From assembly GCA_012026655.1 (NCBI GenBank), contig JAAILG010000478.1:1-64000 (forward strand): a stretch of DNA of 64,000 bases, in the 5' to 3' direction. Within the stretch, counting starts at the first letter, position 1, and each line of letters starts with the position of its first letter. The translations under genes and the position numbers were made by a program. This document shows, in pieces, positions 35,206 through 47,875 of the stretch. The DNA is from Hydrolagus affinis (lineage: Eukaryota). The notes beneath the pieces were generated by a model. That model made no database searches. It saw only the letters and a program-made list of their open reading frames with translations, and was not told the DNA's origin.

Positions 35206-36070
35206 TCAGTAAACATTCCCTTCTGTTCACACAATGTGCATGTGCCAGTTTCAGGTCCCACGTGTTAAGCTTTCGATGCTAAAGATTGGACCCGTGTGAC
35301 GTGATTTGTTTTCTAGGGCAGGGCTGAGAAGCAGCACCACAGTAACTGTGCCAGGCGTACAGTGTGGGCAGCCAGGGGAGGGTGCGTGTTGCATTGGGTT
35401 ACTCCAGAGAGCTCTGTTTGTGAAGCAGATAAGGACACAGAGCTCAGTGGCAATCATGAGTGCCAGTTGCTATAGTTACAATTGGTTTGTTGCTGCTGCA
35501 AATCATTCGGAACACAGCTGTCGGAACTTATTTTCACTCACTTGTGGGAACGTAGTTGTTTTGGAGCCTTTCGTTCACAGTAAGAGGATTCATGTCCATA
35601 TATCACATAACAGGGGAAGGGTACAACAGTAACACACGCACAATTTCCCACGTACACCTTCGACTCAACGCAATACACCGCAGGATTTTCCTTTGCAAAG
35701 CGCTCTGAGACATCACCTTTCGCGAGGACTCTACACAAATCGAATTGTTGTTGAGCAGCAGGCTAGGGATCAAAAGAGCCAATTATGACGGCATAATTTC
35801 CACCAACCCACTCTATGCCCATCCCCACCTGCAAGCAACCAAGTCTTGGATTGCTTCAGATCTGCCTGGCTTCAATAAGTATGTCTTCTAGAAAAGGAAA
35901 TGTTCTATTAAAAAAAGGGCAACTGAACTTTGCTTAATCTCCTATGTTTAAGTATGGTAATTTGCAGCAACCATTTGTTTATGGTTGCAACAACCATTTA
36001 TGTAGCGCCCTTCAGGAAGGATAACTTTGAAAAATTTCACACAATACATAAATGTGAGAGCTGGAAATAC

Positions 36071-36157
36071 CTCTACGACATCAGTCACGGCGATAAAACT
36101 GATCCCTGGGAAGCCTGGCTCCTCCTCTACCTCTGCACTGTGTATCACCTCTGGAAG
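36071..36157 (-). CDS. KIAA0586: KIAA0586/TALPID3 exon (87 nt, phase 0 to 0)
   Basis: ttgtttcacag acceptor and GAG|gtattt donor. Encodes LPEVIHSAEVEEEPGFPGISFIAVTDVVE (human [27 protein letters not shown]). Confidence 0.92.
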
Positions 36158-36581
36158 CTGTGAAACAAGTAATAAAATCAAGAGGGTTCTGTTAGAAGAC
36201 ATTGCAGTTACTAAAGGAAAGCCCATTTCTGTCCATTTCACACAAATACTTGTAAACTGAGTTCTTATTTTCAAATGGAAAGTTAATAGTTCGTGAAATT
36301 AACTTAATTGGAATTCTCCTTTTTAGATTACTGAGTACAGACAAAGCCGCAGTGATAAGTTCCTGGGGTTTGACGGACTTTGGGACATCTTCGCAATGTG
36401 AAAGTCGCGATATGAAATGGAAGGATTATTATAATTGGCATTAAAAAAAAACAGACAATGATACAGGCCCCTCTTCATCAATGTTGCTTATGCCTCCCCA
36501 GACACACACATTTTCCTACCAAACGTTAAAACTGTGTGCATGTCAGACTCAAAAAGTTCTATTCAATTTCACAGGCCTTCA

Positions 36582-36685
36582 CAGGGTGACCAAAAAGTCG
36601 TGATAGCATTACAATGTCTAATAAGTCTTTGTGAAATAATGATTTTTTTTAGCAATAGGGTGGTTATCACGTTTTGGTCACCCTG
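36582..36685. mobile_element. Tc1/mariner-like mini-MITE, 104 bp
   Basis: TIRs CAGGGTGACCAAAA(agt)CGTGATA and TATCACGTTTTGGTCACCCTG. Right flank is TA; left flank is CA, possibly a mutated TA. Confidence 0.75.
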
Positions 36686-38168
36686 TAGTATCTCTAGAGC
36701 AGGAGTGTTCTTCTGGTGTGTTCGAAAAAAAATTAATTGAGACAATGGAATTTTGTCATTTTAGCTCAGATCATTATAAATGGGTCCCTCTGCACTCCAT
36801 TTTGATTGCTTGTTATCTGTTTCCCATTAACTTAACACTCACCAAGCTCTATTCTGTGCAACAGCCGTATTTAGTCAAACAGACTCATTAGAAGCACCCA
36901 GATAAAAATAATAAAAAAGCAGGGAATATTATCTTCTTAGATAGCCAGGGAGACATTCAGGCCTTTTGCGATATTGCAAAAATAGTAGAATAATGAGCTC
37001 CCCAGAAACTGATCCAGCCAGTTTGGGAAATCATTTAAGCAATCGAGAAAACAGCAGTGAAAAGTGGAAATCTGTCAAATGGTAAAGACCTTTCCAGCAA
37101 CTTGTGTGATAACAATGGGATACAGATGGCGGGTTTTCTGAAGAAATCGAGTGAGTGTTGCTTGAGCATAATTGAGCATAAGTCCCACAAACAGCCATGA
37201 AGTGACCGATTTTATTTGATGGATAATAATTCCATATGCAATAAAATATCCACTGTATAATCCTCTGCAGTATGGATTATTTAGGGACAGTATTGCATAC
37301 TTCATTGATCATGAACAATACCAGTTTATCAGTGATTGGGTATCTGTGATGTAGAGGTAGCTCAATCAGTTGAGCAATTCAGCAATTACACCCCTAATGT
37401 CTGGAACTTTCTCCCTCTATTATTTTTGTCTAACTCTGTTTACCCAGCAATAAGTAGAAACCCGGTTGTAAGTTAATTGGCAAATCGCTTTCCGAAAGTA
37501 ATAATATATACTTTTTTGAAAGTAAGAGAGTAAAAGGAAAGCAGGGTTAAACCCCCCCTATGGGTTCAACTGGACATGGGGGACAGAGAAACCTCTGACA
37601 AAGGCAGGTCCTCAATAATCCAATGCAGTTTTGGAGTCGTAAAACACGCACTCAACACTGTAAAGCTGAGTAGGTATGATGATGTGTGATTAACATTACA
37701 TCAGAGTGAGTTACAACCACCGCACGTTATCAATATCGCTTAAAATAATTTGTTTATTGTTGCACATACATTGTCTTAATAATTACTACTATTACCACTA
37801 TTGGCCAAAAATATTTCCAGGCTAACGTAACCTTTAAATTTTGAAGCAGTTAGTTTCCTAGTTGCAGCATTGAATTATCTCTTTGAATTAGTGCCTTTAA
37901 AATATTGTCACTGTCCCTTATCTAGTCTCTTCCCCCATAAAGCAACCTCATTCTAAGCTTCTATTTTATTTTAATAAGTAGAAATTGGATACTAATTTAA
38001 ATGGCTTCAGGATAATGTGAACCTTTTAACCCCTCACCCATTTTCCTTGCTTATTCCCTGAGTTACTGTTCAATACTCTCAGTGTGCATCTTTTAATTAA
38101 ACCCCAGAGATACCAAAGTTCTCTAATTATAGTTTCGGGCCACACTTTTCAACTTCACATGAAACTTC

Positions 38169-38956
38169 AACTGCACATGTATGATAGACTTTCAATAAGG
38201 TTGGGCCTACAGACAGGCACTGGGGCAGTAATGAACCTACCATCAAGGGATGCTTGATTCCAGCGACAGTATCTTCTTTTTTTGCTGTTTCATGGAACAG
38301 GGGTTTTGTAGTGTTATTTGTTTCATGTGCAAAAATATTGATAGTGCCTTATTGCTTTGAGATGTCTCAAAGTGTTTTGTAGCAATTACTCTGACTGTGT
38401 ATTGTTAGACATCACAGCAGCCCTTTTGCACACAGCACGGTCCCGCAAACAGACATGAGGTGAATGACCAATTTTATTTGGAGGATTGATGACTAGCATA
38501 CTAAGATGAACTACCGTTTATTTCTGAAAAGCTTCACTGGTTCTTTAATGTCCAGCTGACAAACATGCTGTAGATAGGGCCTTGGACTCCTCAGTCACCT
38601 GAGCATGTCGCTAAAATTAGCGCTCAAGGTATTTTTTTTCGGTCAGCTAGGCGTCTGACATATACGAAAGCCTATCACCTTGCTTTCGAGTATCCAAAAC
38701 AAATCCCTGTTCCCCCAACTCACTCATGCATGGTGAATCCAGAATGGTTGCAAAGACAACAAAGGGCATTGTATAATGAGAATAGCAGCAAACATAGAGG
38801 TGTTGAACATTTCAGTTGTGGCTAAAGACATACATGAAGCAGCAAAAAAAGAAGATACTGTCATTGGAATCAAGCATCCCTCGATGGTAGGTTCATTACT
38901 GCCCCAGTACCTGTCTGTAGGCCCAACCTTATTGAAAGTCTATCATACATGCAGTT
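38169..38956. repeat. Inverted repeat, about 125-bp arms (38169-38294 and 38833-38956)
   Basis: Manual alignment gives about 5 substitutions and one 2-bp indel. The spacer contains a degraded minus-strand SINE (about 38330-38580). Confidence 0.95.
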
Positions 38957-39240
38957 CCATGCATCCCATCTGCACATTGGAAATTCCAGAGATGTTTATA
39001 GGAATGGAATGCACAAGCTTGGGGCCCCCTGAGTGTGCGTTGGGGTAACTGCCAAAGTTTAACCAGCTAAAACTAGCATAGCTTGCCATCAATAACACTA
39101 CCCAGCAAGCTTTAACTATATTTGTCCATCTAGGCCTCCCCAACCTGCTAGGTTTATAGGGTTAATAGGAGCTAAGTGGAAAGAATCCCTGCCCCCAGTG
39201 ATTGGTCTGCCCTTCCAAGTTCTGCCGATGAGCCAGGCTG
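38957..39240 (+). repeat. Second copy of the unclassified family seen at 20188-20510
   Basis: Shared motifs cacat(t)ggaaatt, gcttggggcccc..gagt.tg.gttgggg, gtttaaccagctaaaac...catagcttgccat and atccctgcccc.agtga. Confidence 0.75.
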
Positions 39241-40554
39241 TCATCAGCATTGTCCTGCAATATTACAGAACCAGCTCAGGAACTACCAAGAGTCAACTCG
39301 ATTCTGACATTCCGATGCCAAACATATCACCTTGGCTCCAGTTCAGCTCCAAGGAGACTCCACTTGCTCCCCCCCACCACCCCACCATCCCAGTCACTAG
39401 TTAGTCATCCAACAATTACAGGAATTGAGCCCTCGATAGGTGAGTAGAAGGTAGCAGGACTTCTCTGTGAGCTTCCTGTTGAGTAACACAGCTCAGTGTT
39501 GAGAGCATTGCCACCATTACCCCTGCCGACAGCTCGGTTACACATCTCTTCCCATTGCTTGATGGTTCCACCAGTTGGAGGTGCAGAGCTTGAGCGGCAG
39601 CTGCTTACCTCTCTGCAAACTAACCAAGCTAAATTCCAAGTGCTGGATGGATGTACAAATGCTTGTTCACAAACTCTGACTGCACTCAAGGTATGTTGGT
39701 TCGGTGGATCTAAAGCACTCTGTATTCTGGCCAGCTAATTACACAGCTAGTTTTTCCCATATGAAGCCTGAATGCTTAAAAATGATTAAAAGGGCCCTAC
39801 AATTATAACATACCGTATACATCGGGTTGTCACATAGTGGACACAGAAGTAGAGCAGCAGAACATCCATATTCGTTGCTACTGGTGTAAAAAAAAAGTCA
39901 CCATGCTGCTCTAACATCATCTGGCAAGACTAGGAACAAGGCAAGCAGGGATATGGCATATGTGGCTGTGAGAAAAGGCTACTGCTTGCTATTCAGTATC
40001 ATCCCCTCTCAACTGACACACGTTCCATTCATGCTCATCTGTGGCCATTGCTTAACTTTTCTACCCTTGTGATCCCTCAACAATGAGTATCACCTTCGCC
40101 AAGTCACAACTTTTCAACGCAGCTCGAGGCAGAGACAATGAGGCCTGTTATTCCACTTTGCGACAGACCCACCACGCAGACAGAAGTCAAATGATGTTGC
40201 ATAGGTATAAAACAGCAGAGTATGTTTTATAACAGCTTTTCTAATGTGTTATGCTTGGCAGCCAAGGATAAAGGCAGGCATGCTGCATTGGATCAATGGT
40301 TTGGATCAGATTCCATCATCTCCAGAGAATCAGGAGAAAACAGCTCAGGAGAAAAGGCACACTTTGGTCTTGTCTTACTAAAAACTTAAATAAATATGAG
40401 CAGGCTGTGTTGCCAGCAGGTCAGGATCCAACCTGCAAAACGGCTACAGTGTTGGGCTGTTGCAATTATTCTAATGGAAAAAATCACAATGCTACGTGTA
40501 TTTGTAGGGAAGCCAAATGGTCTGGATCATATAGTGAATGTAATATCATGAATT

Positions 40555-40770
40555 ATAATAATAATCCTTGCATTTGGTATTTATTGTGCCTTATCTAGTC
40601 ACTGAGATGTTCCAAAGTAGTTCACAGAATATTCCAGTAAAGTGAACTGATTTTATTTTATGGGTGAAACGTGACAGCCAATTGCACACAACAATATCCC
40701 ACAGACAGTTATATACAGTATTCAGATTATTACCCCAGAAAGTAATCCTCCAATTAAATAACAACTGCAC
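40555..40770 (-). mobile_element. SINE 3' fragment
   Basis: ataataataatccttgcattt...ttcacagaatatt...gggtgaaacgtgacagccaattgcacac. Confidence 0.8.
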
Positions 40771-40990
40771 ACAAAATATGTTTTTATAGTAACTGAGTGG
40801 TGTAGCATGTTATAATTGGATATAGTGAGAATGAGTCTCTTTCTTCCAACAATAATACTTCTTGCCACACTGTGAGCTCCTGAGCTGATAAGAGTTGGAG
40901 TTTAAGAAAGAAGGCAGGGAGAAAAGGCCATTTGGCCAGTCAAGCCCAGTACCTTCAAGCTGCAATTTTCTCTAACACCTACTCTAAAAA

Positions 40991-41422
40991 CAATAATGAT
41001 CTTTGCATTTGGTATATAGCTCCTTTCACTTCAAGAGGACGTACCAAAGCGCTTCACAGGATTTACTGTTAAGTGGAGACGTACAGCAAAGTTCCACAAA
41101 CAGCTATGAAACTAACTGACTGATTTTATTCTGGGAGATTGTTGGCCTGGAGACCAGGAGAAATTCCTTCTCTTTTCTAATAGTACCATGGGATCTTCTT
41201 TTTGGGAGGGATTTTTAATGTCAACCTGAAGAGGCAGATTGGACCACAGTTTTACATCTTATCTGTAGAACGGCACCTCTAAACACGATGCTCGCTGAAC
41301 GCAACACCCCGCAGCAGTGCATCGGAGTGTCAGCTTGACAGATGTGAATTCAACTTCCAGTGCGAGTTTGAACCCACACCTTCTGACTCAGAGGCGAGAA
41401 TGCTACTACTGAGTCAAACTGA
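40991..41422 (-). mobile_element. Near full-length DeuSINE-type SINE
   Basis: Tail, Deu-like atagtaccatgggatctt...aatgtcaacctg, and head tttgaacccacaccttctgactcagaggcgagaatgctac. Confidence 0.85.
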
Positions 41423-44344
41423 TTCCTTCAGGAAAACTAATGCACATCAACACCCAAATGCATCTTGTAAAACTCTTCAATAAGTACCCTCAAATGCAAG
41501 GTTTGTATTTAGCTGTACTCAACTTGACATTTCCATGGTACAGCAGCTCAGGAACTATCATGTTCCATAAAGCATTTTATTATTTGTACCTGATCTTTCC
41601 GACAGCCCTCAACCCAACTCCGAAAAGGGTAGTTATCCAGCTCTTTTTGATATTTTAGAATTGAGCAAAGTGACATTTGCAAACAAGAAAACCTGTACAA
41701 TGGATTCCATAAGGCATCAAGCTCAGTACTACTTACTGAAATGGAAAACATCAAGACTTTTATTTTATACTCAAGATTTCAGGGAATTACAGATAATCCA
41801 CACAGATAAGAACGTAATTTCCTCGGTTGCTTTTAATGACAATTTCTAAAAAAGAATTGCAATATTCTAAAGGCGAAAGGGCTTTTTCCAAAACTCGATG
41901 ATAATAAATCTAGATTAGTGGACCGCAATATCATGGTAAAATGAAAAAGCTGTAATATCGACAGGAAAAAAAGACAAGTGCACTCCTCCTGCAGAGAGCA
42001 TCTAGTGCAGCGGAAATATAAATGAATATTGACTGACAAAACGATCAGCTAATTAAAAAAAACACAAGCGGTGGGTGCACTTAATTAAAATGAGTATGCC
42101 ATAATTTCTAAGTGTTAAACCTTGCAAGTTGTAATTAAAATAATACGAAGAATCAGAATGGTGACGCCAAGTCAATTGGGAAAGACCCATTGGCAAGGAC
42201 GTGCTTCCTGGAAAAGGAGTTAGGCTGGTTTAATCACCCAATAGACCACTGGTGTGCAACAAGCAGTGGAAGCCAAATAGTCTTGAAGGCAGTGGAGGCA
42301 GTCACTGATATGGTGCATTACTCAGCAATGTGCTAGTCTGCTGCTTTCTCACTCACCACATGCTTGTCCATTCTCTCAGGTTACAATGGGATATAAAATG
42401 AAGCGGGGATAGAGAAGATTTCCATCCATGCACAACAAAATCAATGTAAAATAAATTGATATATAAACACATACATATATTTATATGTAAATCACATTTG
42501 CTTACAGAATGCACTCTATTTTACAGTATATTCTTTGCAGTGCTTTGAGACGTCTCCCTGATTTGAAAGTTGCATTTTGAAATAAGAATAATCCTTGCAT
42601 TTAATATATGTCTCAAAATGCTTTATACTGCAAAATGAATCGTCTGTATAGTTTGTGGGCAAAACATGGCAGCTGATGCGCACAAACAGTTGAGGTTGGA
42701 ATGTCCAAATTATTATTATTTTTAATGCAACATTTATTATTTTAATAAAAAGAAAATTATTATTTCGGTTCTGTTCCAGCTCTTTTTTGAACGAATCTGT
42801 CTACAATTTCCAATATTTAATATTGGTCCATCTCCTCTCATTTCTTTTCCTCTATGAGTTGTTTTTTTTAAAAAAAACTTTACTTTGCTTTAGAAAAACC
42901 CCTCTGACGTCAGTTAGAGGACGACGTTGTTTTGGAACTAGTGTAACTACAAACAGAAAAGAAACTTGCGTTTGCCAATTACCCCAGGAGCTGTCGGCAG
43001 GATTTGGACCAAATGAAATGGGTGTCATTGCTATCTTACAATAGTCAGACCATTTTATAAATAACACAGTGGTTTGAATCCTTCAAATCAAACTCTGTTA
43101 TATAATAAATGGCTGATAGCCAGTGCTTTCGGGTCATCAGTCATTCGACAACATTACCAGTTTCCACAGGGAGCCAGCCGGCCGGTCAGTCAGTCAGTCA
43201 TGCCTGTGGTTACTCGGATGCTGGTGGCAGAAGGCGTTCTGTACCTACGTAAAAGTACACAAGCAGAAGCCAGATGCGTAGCGCTCTTCTGGAGAATGGG
43301 GTCCGACTATAATTATCCTTTCTCAGGGAAGAACAGATTACAATGTTCTGTTTCAAAACGACAACTTGAAGTAATTTATACTGTACTGTAACAATTTTGC
43401 GTAGTGCTGTCATGTAGAATGTCTCACAGATATAATGGTAAGCACCAAGCAAGGGAAAGAGGAGATTTAAGGATGTAGATCTAAAGCATGGTCGACAAAC
43501 TATGGTTTTGAGAGGATTTTAAAAGCAGGATGAGAGGAAGCCAGGCAAGGAAGAGATTTTGGAACAATGTTCCAATGGACAGGAAAATGGTGCCTGAAGC
43601 CTTGGTTACAGATAGCAGGATGGAGGGAGCAGAAAATAAGCAGAACACTAGAATCAGATCAGAAGATGATACAGGCAGGAAACCATGGTACAAACTGAAA
43701 GTCACTGTATTTTATGATGTAAACTCTGAAAAATTTGCATTGAAAGCAAATCAGTTGTATTTAAAGGTTATCAGTCCAAAAATGAGATTTCAAGCATCCT
43801 ACATAAATATTCGGCAGATTTAATTTTGAAGCCTGAGGTTGATGAAATTTTTTTTATACAACAATGATAATAGAACTCGCAACGTCAAAGAGAGGCATTA
43901 ACACTGCAGGAGAAACCAAAACAGGATGCTCAACAGATTTACCTCAAATCATCTCACTGAATAAATCTAGTCTTTTTAAAAAAAATCTTAAATGTGGTTG
44001 GATTTCCAGAAGTCAAGGTACTCAGATTCACAGCATTTCTCTAAAGACTGTTCTTGGTTTAACCAGGCTTAGACACACGTTACTAATGATTTCAGCAGTT
44101 TCACAGATCAGATGGGATTATGTATGATATTACAGGGCAGTCGCTTTCTGCTATAAATGCTGCTTTTGGTTGTAATACTTTGGATCATTTATTATTTCCT
44201 AAAATTCCCACTGAGTGTGTTCTGTTGAAAGAATTCACACAGAGATGTCCATGTTTCAAAACAAGATGACATCCGTAGAATTATGGCTTAATATTGTCCA
44301 AGGAGCACTTTATTAAATTATAGTCCTGGTGTTGGATACATCGT

Positions 44345-45120
44345 CTCAATGTCTTTCATCAGGTGCTGGCAGCATCAACCTCCATGGTTGCACATTCAAC
44401 CTCACCAAGCCAGTCAGGAACCCTGGTGTCTTGTTCGATCCTTTACTGGTTTTCCTCCCCCACATCCAAGCAATGACTCGCTCTGCCTTCGCTCACCTCC
44501 GCAATATTGCTCATCTCCACCATTACCTTATCCCCAAGGCCGTTGAAACCTTCATCATGCCTTCATTACATCCCGGCAACACCACGCCAACGCCTTGCTT
44601 GTTGGCCTTCCCAATTCCTCCCTTCACAGGTTGCAAATAATCCAGAACTCTATGGCCCGTATCCTCTACCTCTCCAAACTTTGTGACCCCATCTCCCCCA
44701 TCCTCACCCAACTCCACTGGTTCCCCATCACCCAGAGGATTCAATTCACGATCCTGGTCCCCACATTCAAAGCCCACCACAGCCTCTGCGACCTCCTAAC
44801 CCCCTACCAACCTGCCCACCCCCTCTGCTCAGCAGGCTCTGGCCTGCTCCATGTCCCCCGACCCACCTGCCCCACCATTGACGGGCGAGTTTTGAGCCAC
44901 TCTTCCCCCAACATCTGGAACTCCATCCTGCAGTCCCTGCAACTCGCTTCCTCCCTGGCCTTCTTCCAAGTCCCGCCTCAAGACCCTCCTCTTGAACGAT
45001 CCCATCGGTCACTCCAAATTTCCCCCTTTCCCGTCCCTGACCCCAGCTCGGGTCTGAAACAATGACTGTCCAGCGTCTTGGGAAGTCCTCCTGACATGAA
45101 AGTGTAATTTTGTTGTTGTT
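44345..45120 (+). mobile_element. L2 LINE fragment (ORF2 C-terminal region, frameshifted)
   Basis: Reads VRNPGVLFDP.L.F.PHI...TRSAF.HLRNIA, then LVGLPNSSLHRLQIIQNS.AR....PISPILTQLHWFPI.QRIQF.IL. L2 tail at about 45070-45120. Confidence 0.92.
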
Positions 45121-46249
45121 AATGCCAAAAAACACAGAGTGCTTTACATTAAGTACTATTAATTATAGTCTAGCAACCAATTCATGCACAGCAATATCCC
45201 ACAAAAGGCCAAGATGTGAATGGCCAATTTATCTGGAGGGTTGTTCGTCAGGACACTGGGAGAAACTCTTTTAACGTCCTTTAATCTCATGATTTACATC
45301 CACCTGAACAGGCAGCTGGGACCTCTGTTTAATGTCTCATCCACAAAGACTACAGACAGGCAAAAGCCGAAGACCGTGTGCAAACGTGTATTACAATTTT
45401 TTTTAAAGTTGCACAATTCAAAATTTGGCTGACATATTTCAATTTGGCCTTTACTGGCTGCTCCTCATTTTAGATTTTACGATGTCTAACTTAGTCCTGG
45501 AAGTCATTTCAAGCAACTGATCAAAATCAATAAAGATTTGATCTGCAAATGCATTTATGTGAATGTTCTTGTGAAACAGATACATATGGCTGAAACGCAT
45601 CTGCGAATCACAGGGGAATTTCCAGATCTGAGTAATCTTACCACTTTGAGCAATAAGAGCACTTTTGGCAGCAATACTATCACATTGTTCTTTTGCAAAC
45701 ATCTACAATTGTAAACTGAGACAATTCACTTTTCAACTAGAGTAAGTTGAGGCTCCTTCTGTATTAATGAAAGGAAAAAAGGAGCCTCGCACAAATAAGT
45801 ATGATTCCAGAACTGGTAAACCTGCAGTGAATGATGGCTGACTAGCACTGAACTGCAGACTTTGTTTTCCTGGATATGAACTGGTGAAAGACAACTGAAA
45901 AATGGTCAAAGTTACGGTCGTCAGCAATAGGTCGAGTGACTCAGTTCCAGCTGCTAAAGCAATGGAATTAAATCTCCATTGGTAGACAACATTACCAACT
46001 GGTAATTAAGCGCAACAGAAATACACAGAGTGGGAGGGAATTCCAATGCAATTTATATTTATAAAGCGCCTTTCACATCAGGAAGATATCTCAATATGTT
46101 TGGGATTTGGCATTGAATGAGTGGCTTGTTACATAAACACATAAATTGTTACTAATCCAAAGAGGGTGTATGTCATTTAGAAAACTGCTATCTTGTTAAG
46201 CACATCTGACCCCTTTCATATCTTGTTATACGTTTGTGCCTTCCTTTCT

Positions 46250-46622
46250 ACAATAATATTTGCATTTGATATAGCGCCTTATTACGCCTTCCAGACGTTT
46301 CAAAGTGCTTCATAGGATTTGTAAAGTCTTCCTAGAATTTGTAAAATCGATAGTAAAGTCAATTGATTGTATTTTGTGGGCGAAACGCAGCAGCCAATTT
46401 TGTGTAGCAATGGCCTACAAACAGTCATGGACTGAGTGACCAAATATTTTTTAAAGAGATTATTACCCCTGAAAAGCAATTCATTTATTAACTAACAACC
46501 GGGTTCCTATGTACTGCTAGGTAAACAGAGGCTGTGGAGTAAGGAAGCCTCCCTAAGGTTTCTCCCTGCCCGAGAATCGAACCTGGGTCATCTCGCTTGT
46601 TCTAAATGCTCTAACCATTGCT
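46250..46622 (-). mobile_element. tRNA-head SINE, long subtype
   Basis: Tail, internal aacaaccgggttcctatgtactgctaggtaaacagagg segment, and head gaatcgaacctggg...gctctaaccattg. Confidence 0.85.
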
Positions 46623-47559
46623 TGACAGTGTGTTGGCTGTTTCAAGCAGCTAATTAAAGTCAATAGTGAGATTTGATCTGTGAGTCCTGCGCTGACGTTT
46701 TCGTTACTGAACAGATACATGCATAAGACTAAAATACATCTGAGAATCAGAGAGGGGTCGGGGAGGGAGTAGAATTTCCAGATCTGCAGTAACTTCAAGC
46801 AGAGATCATTGGAGTGTGGAGTTTCCCTAGCTCCAAGAGCTAAGAATCTGCTTAGATTTCCAGTACAGTTGCCAAGGAAGCATTCTGTTAAGGTCCAGTT
46901 TTTTTAATTGTGTAAAATTGCATTGAGACAGTGTTAATGATGTGGCGCTGCTCATTGTAATGACGCCATAGAACTTGCTCTTGCTAATTGCACTGGTCAT
47001 GCACTTGCATTTGACTGTATTATTATGCAGCTGACAAACTTCATAGAGATATCACATTGAAACTTACCATATTTATGGCAATGAATAATGGATGTGGCAC
47101 CAAATGAGCTAAATCTTAACCCGCAATATCCAGTGCCTATCTTCAGAATAAAGAAAGCAATGAGTCATCATATCAACAGCTCCTTATGCTACTTTTTTCA
47201 ATTATCAACACATTTCAAAGTACAGAATCCTATTCCTCAATCAGTATGCTTTTGAGCTAACAGGGGAACCCTCAGGTCGCTAATGATGTCTGTCCCAAAT
47301 ACAGGAAACCAGTCTGGCCAACACCCCATTTGTTTCTATGCGGTGGTTGTGATTAATGCACTGCAGATGGGAGACCACCCTAAGGGCTATTTGGAGCAAA
47401 GCCAGCAGGAAAGAAGAGAAAGGATTTCCACTGCACTTAAAGCCAACACGTTTGTCTTTGGGAGCAGAACATTTTGCTGGTTAATAAGAAAAAAAATGCC
47501 AGCACCACACGTTACTTTGCTAACAATGCATTAGCTCATTTTCTTTCCTGAAGGATGTA

Positions 47560-47875
47560 ATAACAATAATATTCTGCATTTGAAATAGCACTCGATCACA
47601 TCGTTGAGACATTTCAAAGAGCTTCACAGAATACCTTGTGTATTTTGTGGCAAAACATGGCAGCCAATTGCACACAGTCGTGTCCCACAAACAGTTATGG
47701 ATTGAGTTACCAAATTTTTGGGGAGGGAATATTATCCCTGGAAAGCAATCTGCCAATATACTGACAACCGGATTCCTACTTACTGCTAGGTAAACAGGCA
47801 TGTGGAGTAAAGAAACATGCCTAAGTTTTGCCACATCTGGAAATCAAACCTGAATCCTCTCACTTGCAAGGCAAT
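47560..47875 (-). mobile_element. tRNA-head SINE, long subtype
   Basis: Same architecture, including acaaccggattcctacttactgctaggtaaacaggc. Confidence 0.85.
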
